Source of the DNA: Phoronis australis
Lineage: Eukaryota > Animalia > Phoronida
Direction: 5' to 3'
DNA: 64,000 nt
NCBI GenBank assembly: GCA_002633005.1
Contig: NMRA01000975.1
Location: 17,958 to 81,957, forward strand
Shown: positions 50,434-62,730 of the stretch, one piece after another
Layout: each line of letters begins with the position of its first letter
Position numbering within the stretch: position 1 is the stretch's first letter
Program-made: the position numbers and the translations under genes
Notes under the pieces: generated by a model
Databases searched by the model: none
Told to the model about the DNA's origin: nothing
What the model saw: only the letters and a program-made list of their open reading frames with translations

Positions 50434-53400
50434 TTAGTTCAAGGTTTGATCTGTCAGTTTAAAGGCATCCAACAGACCAATTAACTCTACTTGAACCCGA
50501 GCTCCCTGTAACAATACAACATATAGAGAGATTATACAGCAAGTAAACTACCACAGAAGTCATTAGTTATTTCCAGTCAACATAATAGCACAAATGCTAC
50601 GAGTTTCACACTTGACAAAAACCTGTTTTAGCAGCAAAACTTTCACATTTGGCATATAGTCACTTTGGATTATCACTCCCTATATTGTTGACAGGTGAGC
50701 ATTGGTAATTGAGTATATGCACCTAATTTGTTATTTCACGAATCAACAATAAAGGAAATAGTCAACAATGCCAATATATATAACACAGACAACAGTGCCA
50801 AATACACGAACATTTTCATGCCGAAAAAATGTGGAAATTCACAAATTAAAGTAAATCTCATGTGAACTATTTATACTTGCATTTGTTCTCATGCCCTCAA
50901 CAAGGTTCAGTCAAAGTTGCGACTATACATTTCTTTAAACATTCACTTGACAAGTCAGTCAATCACGTATATTTTTGGTATTCACCTGATAAGCTAGTGA
51001 ACTAAGCACGACACATTTACTTGGTCAACAATTTATTTCTCCATTCACTCAAACTAAATTTTCGTACGACGGCAGTTCTTTCCGACAAAATCACCTCAGT
51101 CTTCAAATCCCACTTTTGGAATTCAAAATTGTAGAGACATTTAAAGTAGAACCAAAAAATATTTTTTCTTTTCACAGCGCAACCAATCAAAATCAACAGG
51201 AGGCACTTCAAATAGAACGTTTTTGGTGTAAAAAAGTCATCAGTTATGATCACTGAAGCATGTTCCCTTACCTTGGGAAGCTTGGCCTGAATGATAGAGC
51301 TACCATGGCTGGTGTTGAAATCTGAAATGAGTAAACATCAGATTACAGCTGAACAACACAGGAAATAACAGGGTAAAGTTTCTGCCAATTACATTACAGC
51401 AACATTCTGTTTATCAATAGTCACAAACTGTTATTTCATTGGGTGCTTACTTTTAAGTGTATAAATGTTTGATTGTCTATAACTGTGTTCTGTAGTTGTA
51501 ACTCTTAATATGTAATTGTTAGCCTTCAAAGCCAGTTAAAACTGTTGAACTCCAGTTCAAGGTTTTAGTCGCTAGTCGTCAGTGCTATCGCTTTCCGATT
51601 CATTCAAGTTAGTTCCCCAGAGCGCCATAGTTTCCAATGAGATTTGACAGCAGTTATAACTGACCTAACCTCTCGCGACACCAACCTCACAGAGAGTCAT
51701 AACGGTGTTACAAAACCTGTGTTCAAACAGAGTTTAAAAGTTGTAACTGCTTTGGTGTGAACAGTGTACATGTGCTGCTGACATTTAAAATTGAGAGTAT
51801 ATACAATGAGTGGCCAAGCAAGTCTTAATGCACTGTTTATATCAACAATTGAGCACACAAAATGAATGATTAAAACACTTTTGAGGTATTGTTCATATTT
51901 ATGATTCTGTGTTACACTGAGTGGCCATACACTCTTGGATTCAGTATACAGTGAGTGGTCAAACCTTTTAAGTGTCCTGCTTATATTACCATATCGAGCA
52001 TACACAATGAATGGTCAAACGCTCCAAAAGTAATTTTCATATTTATCATCAAGTGTAAAGAGTAAGTGTTCAAACACACCAGGTGTAGTGATTCATTTAC
52101 GATCAAGCGTATAGAGTGAGTGTTCAATTATTCTGGGTGTATTGCTTTATTAGTGATCAAGTGCTGGGATATTCCTGGACCGTGCCTTTGTGCCATTAAA
52201 AAGTACATTGCAGCAGTACCCCCCACCCCCTTGGTGCATCTTTTAAATGGCAACACTTCCAAAAATGCATGATTCTAGTCAACTTTCAGCCCGTCTGGTA
52301 ATATATAGGTTGCAGATTTCAATAAAATGAGCCAAGTTAACAGGCCGTTCAGCTTTTCCAATATCGGATGGTAATTACACTAAGTCTGCCGAGCACAACT
52401 TTTCGACATAAGGCACACTTTGTATCATCAGCTGCGTCCAAAGGAAACGGGTTCAAACCTGTTCAGGAACATCCCTGCAAGCATATCCAGCATGTGTTCA
52501 AACACTCTAGATGTACTGCTTTATTTATGATCAAGTGTTTTCAGTAAGTGTTCAAACACTGTGGGTGTACTGATTTAAGATCAGTGAGTGTTTTAAACAC
52601 TGGGTGTACTGCTTTATTTAAGATCAAGTGTATACAGCGAGTGTTTTAAACACTGGCTGTACTGTTATATTTATGAATATTTATGATCAAGTGTTTTCAG
52701 TGAGTGTGCAAACACTCTGAGTGTTCAGCTTTATTTACAATCACATGTAAACAGTGAGTTTTCAAACACTCTTGGTGTGCTGCAAGTGCATACAGTGAGT
52801 GGTCAACCTGGAGACTTACATTGTTTGTAGATGTTGTTCACTTTTTCAGCATCATTAATGTCAGATAGAATGATGTTAGTCTTCATCACTGAAATGAGAG
52901 AAATCACATGATAATACAATTAGAGTTGGTCACCACTATAAGCAGCATGTGCAGAAGACAGCACACATACCTAGTTCAAACTGCCAACATTTTCCAGTAC
53001 AAATGATTACACACAAAATGTGGCTTTGAGCAGCTTTTTTGGTGTAATAATGTTCAGTATTTACGGACTGAATAAACAAAAATGTTGACCTAATAAATAT
53101 CATAAAAAGTATAAAAAGTTATGGTTGACAATTTAAAACAATAAATACAAGGATTCATGAGAGAATAAATCAATCATAAGTGTTGCAAATGGTAAGTTCT
53201 GAAGTGTCGCTGTCTTTTAACCGTCAAAAAGTTGTTTTAAAAGAAGATGAACAGGTACGACTATCTTTGATTTAAACAAGCAGACGGTACCATTAGCAAA
53301 GCCGGATTGGGCTTTTTCAAGCGCAGATTTTAGGTTCTTCATGGTCTGAGTGGTTTCAGCTTCCACGCCTCCAGGGACCAATTGCCCAGTGGCTGGATCG

Positions 53401-54662
53401 ATGCCCATAAGACCAGCAGAGAACACATTGACACCAGTGTTCACTACATCACTGAAACAGAGTATCATCAAGTAAAACAATGGACTTGTTGATTTTGGGA
53501 GCCTCGCTTTTACTGATACTATACATGGCGTCACATACAAAGACTACTGGAAAAAGATACTGTTACGCTACGCCATAACTACTACAGTAAGCTGAAACGA
53601 GTTGTAATATCTTGTTAAATATAAACATGGAAAGAAAATATTGTTAACTATCAACCCAAAATGATGTCATTGTTGCTCTGAGCTTAACTAGAATCAGGTA
53701 TATATATATGCTAATCAAGTAAAAAACCAGACCAGAAAACCACTCAGAGACAACGGAACTATGGCACCACAAACCAAAAAGGTGAAAAATGGCTGCCACA
53801 CTGGCATCTTGCAGTCAATTTCAACTAAAAACAATAGGATTTGAGCTATTCACAAATTGCGATCACACATTTTGTGCAAATTTTACCCTGACCGGATAAG
53901 AAATGTGACCTGTAGCGTGCGAACAAACAAAAAACAAACAAATTTTAAGTCCAAGCAACATACTTGGAGAAACTGTATTTTGGTAAGTAATTAATAGTCA
54001 TTTACATTACAGTACTGTGGCACTGTCATGGTCTTGGATTGTAAGAATCTGAGTTTCTTCCACTGAACAAAGGGGGAAGTAAACTGGTTCTCAAATACCA
54101 GGACTACTGTAAGCAGGAGTACTGTAAGCAGGAGTTCTGTAAGCAGGAGTACTGTAAGCAGGCAAGGTAAGTGACTGGAACCTAACAAACTTTCTAATGC
54201 GTTGGGCAAGACCAAAGAAACTACCTTGTGTTTATTTTATATTGAGTAATAGATGGCGCTCCAGTACCGTCAATTGTTCCACAGAAAAAAGCGAACCCCA
54301 CGAGTCACGGATAAATTGCCTCCAGTTCATCAATCGAATTCTGAACAGTATTACAAGCCATTATTTGCAAACGTTACTACGTTCTGTAAATGTAAAGTTC
54401 AAACCTCAACTTGGCCATTCTGTTGTCATTTGATTTAATTTGGCCTACTCATGATTTACAGCCTAGCTAATCATTGCCTGGCACCCGGGCACTCGCTTAA
54501 CACAACTGATATCTCAACGCAAACTAACCATTTATCGCAGTGGTAACAGCGTAAAAACCACACCAGATTCGTCAATTGCCTCCTATGTACTTACCACGAT
54601 GTTTGGTCACATTTCGGACTTGGTTTGACCACAGTGCGTGGAAAGGTAACGTGCTGTGCCAT
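50434..54662 (-). CDS. RidA/YjgF/UK114-family paralog lacking the catalytic Arg (139 aa)
   Basis: Exons 54662-54595, 53451-53291, 52888-52820, 51321-51272, 50505-50434, all GT-AG and in frame: MAQHVTFPRTVVKPSPKCDQTSCDVVNTGVNVFSAGLMGIDPATGQLVPGGVEAETTQTMKNL...VMKTNIILSDIND..KVNNIYKQYFNTSHGSSIIQAKLPKGARVQVELIG. Confidence 0.88.
51785..52806. repeat. Degenerate ~50-bp minisatellite in an intron of the RidA paralog, interrupted at ~52164-52495
   Basis: Recurring tacagtgagtg.tcaaacact.tgggtgtactgctttatttatgatcaagtg. Confidence 0.85.
52164..52477. mobile_element. Small TIR insertion within the minisatellite
   Basis: ctgggatattcctggac and gttcaggaacatccctg are imperfect inverted repeats (14/17) bounding non-repeat sequence. 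Confidence 0.5.
54099..54162. repeat. 15-bp tandem repeat x4
   Basis: caggagtactgtaag units; explains the LLTVLLLT run in ORF 53991..54215. Confidence 0.9.
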
Positions 54663-55808
54663 TCTAGACGAAGTCAAACCCATAACGTCACGTGACTTAA
54701 GCATCAGGTTTGAATGCTTTAATAAATGTTGTTACTAATGAGTGACTCACTTCCACGAAAAAACCTTTTTAATGCATTGCCATGTTCATAAATTTTACAA
54801 ACACGTGACTTTAACTCATGAGAGTTATTTTGATTATGGCGTGCGAAATCAGAAACCTTTGTTAACGTGGTGCAGAGAAATTCACTGAGACCATGGATAC
54901 TCTTGTGGTGAGGAGTCTAGCTGGGCATGTACTCGCTTTGCCGCAATAAGCGCGATCTCTGAGTTGGAACACAGATTGATTCAGTTCTCAATATCGACCC
55001 CATCTAGAGAGCAAGGGAAAGTAGAGTCATCTCGCTCTTTCGTTACTGTCACTTGGGAACATGGCGGATCGAGGGGGCTCGGGGATCCGGGGGGGAGGCC
55101 GGCCCGCGGAGACTGATCATCATATTGACAACTTCAAGGTGCCAGCAGGCACTTACTGCGGTAGGCAGTACTTTCAGCAAGTTGTGCGGGACCCGCGTGG
55201 ATCAGGTCCAATAAGCCCCTAAATTTCGTCGCCCCCGCAGACAGCAAACGCCACTGCGGCATTCTATATGGCCCGCGCGGCACAGCGCGGCGCCACAAAA
55301 TGTATTGGCGATGAGGCAGAAAAATCTACCCCTCAAAAGGAGTAGGGAATTAGCAGATCTGGCACCCGCAATAGGGGGTCTCTCAGCAATTTTTGGTACA
55401 CGCCTGCGGGCACGGACCTTGCCAATATGAGAGAACCCCCCGCGGTTTAGCTGTGCCGCTTTGAGGCGGATCAGTGATTTTAGCGTCTGGGTCACAATAT
55501 TGTACCTATTCAATTACATACAAAAGTAGCCTATACGACTGGGGCATCAAGTTGGATCCAGAAAATAGTGCACAAGCAAAGCGCATTGTCACGGTGGTGG
55601 TTCACGTTCCGAGTCCGTAACTCACTCTATTCAGCCTCGATCATGAGATCATTGGACAATTTTTTCAGTGTAACGTATTTCTTTTCTAAAGACGAAGGCA
55701 AAAACAACTTTGTCGCATCTGTGAAAGCAATCTAACTTTACAGTGGACACATATATAACCAACGCATATTACGTCACCCACCGGAGGGATCAGGCTCAAA
55801 TCTGAAGT

Positions 55809-55942
55809 GCTAGACTGATCGTCACGAGTAACTCGAGTTTTGCGCGGGACGGTTCCCGCGCAAAACTCGAGTTACTCGTCTCAAAAGAACTTGACACGAC
55901 GTGCTCGTCTTTTTGTTTTCGAAAGGAGGCTCTCAGTCTAGC
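55809..55942. mobile_element. Palindromic mini-element with perfect 26-bp hairpin
   Basis: gctagactga...tcagtctagc termini; internal acgagtaactcgagttttgcgcggga-cggt-tcccgcgcaaaactcgagttactcgt. Confidence 0.65.
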
Positions 55943-56169
55943 TGACTGGCCCGTAAAACCACGCCTGCACCCTTTTTACAGGGCCTGTTTATTTTTCCAT
56001 GACGTCGTGTTTTTTCTTCTCATCAATCATAAAAAATGTTATTAATCTACAATTAAAGTAACACAGCAGGGTCATAACACTGAGACAACTCCTACGCAAA
56101 CATTTGAGGTTATATAGTATTCCCAACGCTCTTGCTCTTCGTGGCTCAAGTTAGCTGCTATCGATGCTG

Positions 56170-56720
56170 AAGAAAACCTGTTTGCTAAATAGACTTTAAA
56201 AATTCAAAGACGGCTAAGTCAAAAACACACACATTATCAATTAATTCGTCAGTTCTGCCTCGAAATCGTGCAACCCCAGTATGAAAGAACGACCTAGTTC
56301 CCGGCAAGCTCTTGAAGGCCGTCAATACTGACCATCACTCTTTCTCCAGTTTTTGATAATTTGTAGCCAGCCTTCATCACAAAGACAGGGTCCTTTTATG
56401 GGTGACTGGCGAAATTCTTTTTAAGATCGTTAGTCAAAGCATCATGTGCACAGGAAACTCGCTCACGTCGATCACACTCAGCTGATGGGAAGGACTGAGG
56501 GTATGATTTTTGATGATCGTGTAAAGTGTATAGGTTTTACGGATGCATTAGCAGGTGAGAGGACGAGGATTGATTGACACACTCAAAACAGGGATTTGTA
56601 TCTCTTCAACCTTTTCCGTACTAAGTCGGCGGATGAAGCCCGCGCCATTCCGATTCGAGTATAGTTGGACATAAGCTTTCCTTTGTGAAAAAGTTGCAAA
56701 CAATGTGGTACTAGAAAATT
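56170..56720 (-). mobile_element. Possible highly degraded CR1/L2-type LINE 3' remnant
   Basis: Broken frames give AYVQ...EKVEEIQ and an LPS...RR-like stretch typical of the RT thumb region; many disruptions. Confidence 0.3.
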
Positions 56721-57979
56721 TCAAACAGAAACATGCTTTTCAGCAGAAGTTTATTCACGTTTGTACATACAAGTATTGCATTATAAACTTTTGAATTGAT
56801 GCCATAACCAAAAAGTGATCCAAAATGCCACAGTACTTGTGAACGCCCCCGACCATAGATACTCGACAATAACAGGCTATCATAAGACGGCAGGCGCTTG
56901 ACAGCAAATGAAACTCGCAGTCACAATAGCAGAATATCAGTAGACAAACAGAAAAATGGTTATTTCACATCATTCTCGGTTACCTTTCAAAAACAGCTAC
57001 TAACCCTCCCACTGTCAAAAAATATCATCCTACTATACCTTACTGGTATTACAACCGATTCTTGGGGTTGGTTATTGTAACAGATCAGGTTGAATGACTA
57101 GTTGGCACCACACGCCTACACGACGAGCATGGTCTCAAACGCTGTGGAGCATGAAATAATGTCTACTATAAAGGAAATGACCAAAATCACATTGGACGGC
57201 TTATTGCCGCGCATTAATTAAAGCGAGAAACTTGGAGCTTTAAGCCAGTGTGTTTGTTCAAGGAATGTACACGTTGCCATAAAGGCTGTCATGAAGTTCT
57301 AAACATGGGAGGGAGATTTTTAGTGAAAGTTGGCCAAAGGTATCACTTGGATTTAAAGTCTTAAAACAGTGTTTATAAACAAGTCCATGATTGGAGAGAA
57401 GTCAGCCAGTCACCTTCCATTAAGACATACCGACTCAACAAAGGAAACTCATGTCTGAAATACTGGCAGTAGGTATCTCATCCATGAACTCAGTGTTGAC
57501 TCAAACAGAACTACTTGGGACCATTTTAAGGTTAAAGAATCGTCAAATATTCCTCGTCACCTAGTGGCATGGAAAGTGTAATGTACATTCTCTGGTTTCA
57601 ATCGGCTTGAAACATCAATGTCCTACAGTCAATTGCAGATTGCTCAATGCAGAGAATGTTTTATTGCCCGGACAAACTCCTTGTATTAACAGGGTCCAAT
57701 GTAAGAAACGAGCAATGATAGGGGATGAGCAAGCTACATTTATCCATGTTTAACTGGCTAAAAATGAAAATTAGGATGTAACTTGATCAAGAGTAACTTC
57801 ACTAAAAGGAACATGAATGAGAGGATCAATCCTTAGACCAACCACCCAGTCACTAACAGCTGCTCAATACATGCCACGGATTCTTAATTACAGACTTCAA
57901 ACAGTTCTACAACAAAAAATTATATATTATGTCACCATAGCAACCAATTTAACAACAAAATATCTTGGGTTCAGGCAGT

Positions 57980-60900
57980 CTACTCTTTGTCCGGCAGATC
58001 CATGGTAAGGGCCCAGGCTTCAATCTGCACACGAGCTCCCTGTGAAAAGAACCATCATATATGAGACTGAGTAATTAGGTTGCGAAAAGTCTTCAGAGCA
58101 AAATCTCGCATGTTGGAGAAATATAATGCCAACCCCCAACCTACTTTAGCTGTTCAAAATGATTCACTATTGCATTTCCAAGACTATTCACGCAAATTTA
58201 CAGTTTTATTATGCATTGACGTCACTTTTGTTTGTGAATAAAGCATAGTCTATGAATAAAGTCAACCAGGAATCATAGAAATCTAACAAAATGATAATTG
58301 CGTTAAAGAGAAAAGGACGTTGTTAATAAGAATGCCCATGCAAACCCTGAGAGGGGAAGATTGGCAGCCCAAGGTTTAACTAGACATAACAATTACATTG
58401 CCCATTGCTACTGACTTAAAAGACACTAGATGGTCAGCCAACCAACAAATGTTAACCTCTTTAACTGCTAAGAACCACACCATGAACCTAGTTGACATCT
58501 ATACTTCAAAATAAAACCTTAATAACTACAAGTACATGACAATGTGAATAAGTGATTCATGGCTCCACAATGTATACACCTACCTTAGGCAATGCTTCAA
58601 CTGCATATGCTGCTCTGGCTGGGAATTTACCATCCGGAAAACCTGAAATATTTAATATATAAAGAACTTCATCAGACCTAGCTTTGACCAGAGACATCAA
58701 CTTTTTAGTTTGGCCACAAATTCTTAGAAAACTGATTTTAACTGATTGAATGGATTCCAAAGTACAAGCCTTTGAAAAAAGTTAACCTTTAGTTTGTTCT
58801 GAAAAGCTTTAAACTCTATTTGTTAGAGTAACCGCTACATGACCCCCACTTGTTTATAAACCATGCTTACAAGACTACAAAGCAATTAGTAAATTCTAAT
58901 CAGTCCATACTGCAGTCAATCACGTCTGAAAAGGAAGCTACAGTGCATTCTTGACAAAACAGATACCCTCAAACATGGCATTGCCTGTGATTTAACTGAA
59001 TTGAAATGATACACACAGAAGACCAAAAAGCTTGTTTACTTACAGGTTTTGTATTCAGCATCCACAACACTGAAGTCATTGATATCTGTCAGGAAGATCT
59101 TTGCCTTGACAACTAAAAATAAAATTACCAAATAAAAGAGAGTCTGGCATTATAAAATGAAAGAACTTTTTTTCACTCCAATTACTTTTACATTCTAAAA
59201 CAGTAAAATTCAATCATTATCACAGAAGAAAGTTCACACTGATAATAGAAAGCTTTCAAAGCACACGTATGTTCTAGCTTACGTCCATGCACCTGGCATC
59301 CGAAATTATGCGGTTTCTAAATGTTCTTACGGTGATTTTGCATATAAGCAATTGGTTCATGCACTTAGCTTCACTTATGGCAAAATGTCTTCTACTTGAG
59401 ACGAAATAATTGACCTAAAGGCCTTATTTATTCTTGAAGTGCTGCTTACATTCTTGTGATGTTCACATTGTTTTAAAACAGTATCTAATCGTGCGACATA
59501 TATTTCATGGAAAAAATGATCAAATAAAACTTCCCTTGCCAGCTATGGCGTGTCCGAAATTGGGAAGAAATTACCAATATACAGAAAGGTGCAGGCGGCT
59601 ATCCCTTGCATACATTTTTTAAACTGGGTATTTTCTGGGCACTGTTTATCCATTCTTTGTACTTTACAGTGCCATTTTATGACAGTCGAATCAATCAAGT
59701 TTGAAACCCATGCTACTGTAAAAAACTGCCACTTTGTGTTCACCCAGGTGCTTCGTGTATGGGTGTATGGTCCATCCAGGTAATGAATGTAGGCAGAGAT
59801 TCACATAAAAGCATGTTGACTATAGGTGCAGGTGGCTTAATGTACAGATGTTGTAATACAAACTAAGAATATAAATCGGTAAATAAAACAACAAGAATGG
59901 ATCAACTGAAATTTGAAATTTTCGGATGTAAGAACTTCCTTTTATTCTACATTTCATGAAACAATAGTATCCTTTGGAGGATCTGGATCGCCTTATTTAG
60001 TTTCAGATTTATTTTTCTACGTAATACAAACTAAGAAATGTCAAAATAACAAAACATCTTGATTACATTCCTGTTTGAGTACACACTCATAGGCTTGTAA
60101 TTGGGGAGGTATAAAGACGGGGGTGGGCTTATATGCAGCTCAGCTTAAACCAGACATTCGTGTAAAATCCCACAAGGTTGTACTGCGCCATAGTGCTTGT
60201 ATCACATATATTTAGAATTCAGTGAACGTGCAGTTGAGATTTGTTGTATTCTAATAGCAACATGGTACAAGTAAAAGGCCGACATGGACAGAGTGGTAAG
60301 ACAGTACACCTGAACAGTTGGCCTCATGAGATATGTATTGGGAGTGAAGTTTGGACAGATACCTGAATGGTTGCAACAATAATCACTGAATCTTACTATG
60401 TTTAAAACCAGCTTTGGCAGATGTCAGAAGTGTGCCAACATTCTTAAGAGCTTGTTTGGCCTCGGCTCCAACACCGCCTGATACCAACTGACCACTGGGG
60501 TCAGCACCAATCTGGCCTGACACGAACATGGTGTTGTTGACTGAGATGGCTTGGCTGCAATAAAAATGTAGCTGGACTATGACTGGTGTAACCAAAGTTT
60601 GTAATATTTGAATACTTTACAAGGGACCAAGACTCTGCCTGTGTATGCTAATATGTTGCTGATTGAAAGCCCGTAGAATCGTAGATACGTTTGGGGAAAA
60701 ACATTTGTCCGCTGGGTATTCTTGGTTCCGACTTGAACAGATGAGACAATAGCTGAATAGCCCCTGAAATGTCAAAAAGCTTACTCATAAAGAGGTTAGC
60801 CTACAGTCAGGGGCATTGGTCCCCCACTCATTTGCCATTGAGAACGCACTGCTAGGCCTAATGAATCAGTGAAGAACGCCCGCCTCTGAAGTTTAGTGGC

Positions 60901-61282
60901 TGAAACTGATGATTCACAAAATCAGGGATCACCCAGTGAGATTATTATCAAGAAGTGTAAAACTTTCAAGTTTATGATGAATTATGATCAAGACTGGAGC
61001 TGCTAATTTTTGGCTCTAGGCCTACAGACTTAAACGACTTGGATAGGCTGCAAATTGGACAACGATGCATGTCAAGCCAGGCCTACCAGTCAGCACTCGG
61101 TAAAGCGGAAGGAGGGACTGACTGTGTCACTACAACAAAGAGTAGGAAAAACCAAGACTTATTTAGAGTGACGTACAAAGCATGTGTTGCACAAGATTTA
61201 AACTATGCATTCATTACCTAAATGCGCCTAATGGCGGTGGGGCATTCGCCGATTTCACAACCAACCGTACAATCGCAGCCAT
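57980..61282 (-). CDS. RIDA: RidA-like 2-iminobutanoate/2-iminopropanoate deaminase (136 aa)
   Basis: Exons 61282-61218, 60554-60397, 59112-59044, 58642-58584, 58039-57980: MAAIVRLVVKSANAPPPLGAFSQAISVNNTMFVSGQIGADPSGQLVSGGVGAEAKQALKNV...VKAKIFLTDINDFSVVDAEYKTCFPDGKFPARAAYAVEALPKGARVQIEAWA. The FPAR Arg and the C-terminal Glu are retained. Confidence 0.93.
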
Positions 61283-62578
61283 GTTGCTTCTTCTACTTGC
61301 AGAATACAGTGAGGCTCTGTACGTGTGTATCGGGGCCTTCCGGAACGCGCTTTCAGGGTTTTCAAAATATAAGCACGAAATATTGTCATGCCGGGTAGGC
61401 CTACTGAGTATCGCCCCGAGAGAAGAAGTTTGTAGGCAACTACCGGTGTAAATAAAAGGCTTAATTCAAGAAAAGTCTTTTAAATCATTGTATGCGGCGT
61501 TTTGCCTCAGACAAGGGACAAAACGTCATTTTTTTCAAGACCGAAGTCGCTAATTCCCCATCATGAATTTTATGCAGTCCCCTTATAGTCTACATAATGG
61601 TAGACTGTAGATCAATGATTATAGCGCCAAGCAGCACAGAGCACTTAGCGGCAGTGATGCGCCGAGTAGGCCTACCACTCACATCTCACGGTAACACAAC
61701 GATGGAATCGCTTGCCTCGATTTTTCTGGGTATGATCATGGAATTATTTGAAGCTCTGATGATATTTAGCCTTCCATACTTGTATTAAAAGTGGTCCCCT
61801 TTCAGCCGGACCGCGGGCCGGGTTCTCTCGCGCAGGGCCGGCGGCACGGGGGGCGGCCCAGTGGTGCTCCGTCCGGGTAAATTCTCTTGGACCCTCGTCA
61901 GGAGCCGTGACTGGGACAACTCAGGTCTTCACAAGCGTGCCCTAATCCAGACAGTGACTAACCTGTCCTCAGTATGATTCACAAATTATCAGTGCTTCCC
62001 CCACGATCGATCATGGCTCAAGAAAACCTCAGTATATACGTTAATTTCTCTTATGCATCGATTTTAAAAGACGGTTACCATTTCAAAAACGGTCATGTTG
62101 ATCGTTTGCCTAATTAGGCCTACCGTAATGTTCGTTTTTTGACATTGAAATTTTTCGTACGCTAAACCATGCAGGCGGTGTCATCAAGCCCTGTCCGAGG
62201 AATTCACTAGGATAGGTCTACTAGTGTGGGGCGAGCTGTCCACTTGAGTGCAAATCCTGCTAGTAGCGTATGATTTGCCTAATGATGCTGTCTACGACGG
62301 GAAGAAGGTACTGAATGAATTCTAAAGTCCGTCACCGGAAACTCCTCCCCCCCAAAAAAAAATCGTGCAAAGCACAGCAGTATCAAGTCATCCAAAATGA
62401 CTGTATGCAAACAGATGCCGTGATACACGAAAGTCACGCATTTCTAAAGATATGCGCGAATTTTCACCGCTCGATCCTTCTGAGCGGCTTTTATGCCACT
62501 AGGATCGGACTCAGTCGGACTCGGATGACCGCATTGTCCTATGCGAGCAAGAACGACCCAATTAAGTGTAATTAACCG

Positions 62579-62730
62579 TAGTGGCGGATTTATAGAGGAG
62601 ACAAGGGGGCCATGGCCCCCTAAAATTCTGCCACTTCCATTTGGCAGTTCGGGGGTGCGAATGTCTGACGGCAAAACCCTGACTAATACTCTACCCTGCC
62701 CCCCAACTCCAAATCCTGGATCCGCCCCTG
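62579..62730. mobile_element. Shorter copy of the 25562-25878 TIR element family
   Basis: agtggcggattta...gccatg.cccctaaaattct...ccatttggcagt..ggggtgcgaat...aaatcctggatccgcccctg shared. Confidence 0.75.

Noticed and set aside
52395-52440. Hammerhead-like CTGATGA...GAAA on the minus strand
   Set aside because: Stem II is imperfect, and no stem I/III partner or cleavage triplet could be found.
51785-52806. CRISPR-like array
   Set aside because: Units are contiguous and degenerate, with no unique spacers and no cas genes; eukaryotic intron.
53991-54215. Hydrophobic membrane-protein-like ORF
   Set aside because: Product of a 15-bp tandem repeat in a RidA intron.
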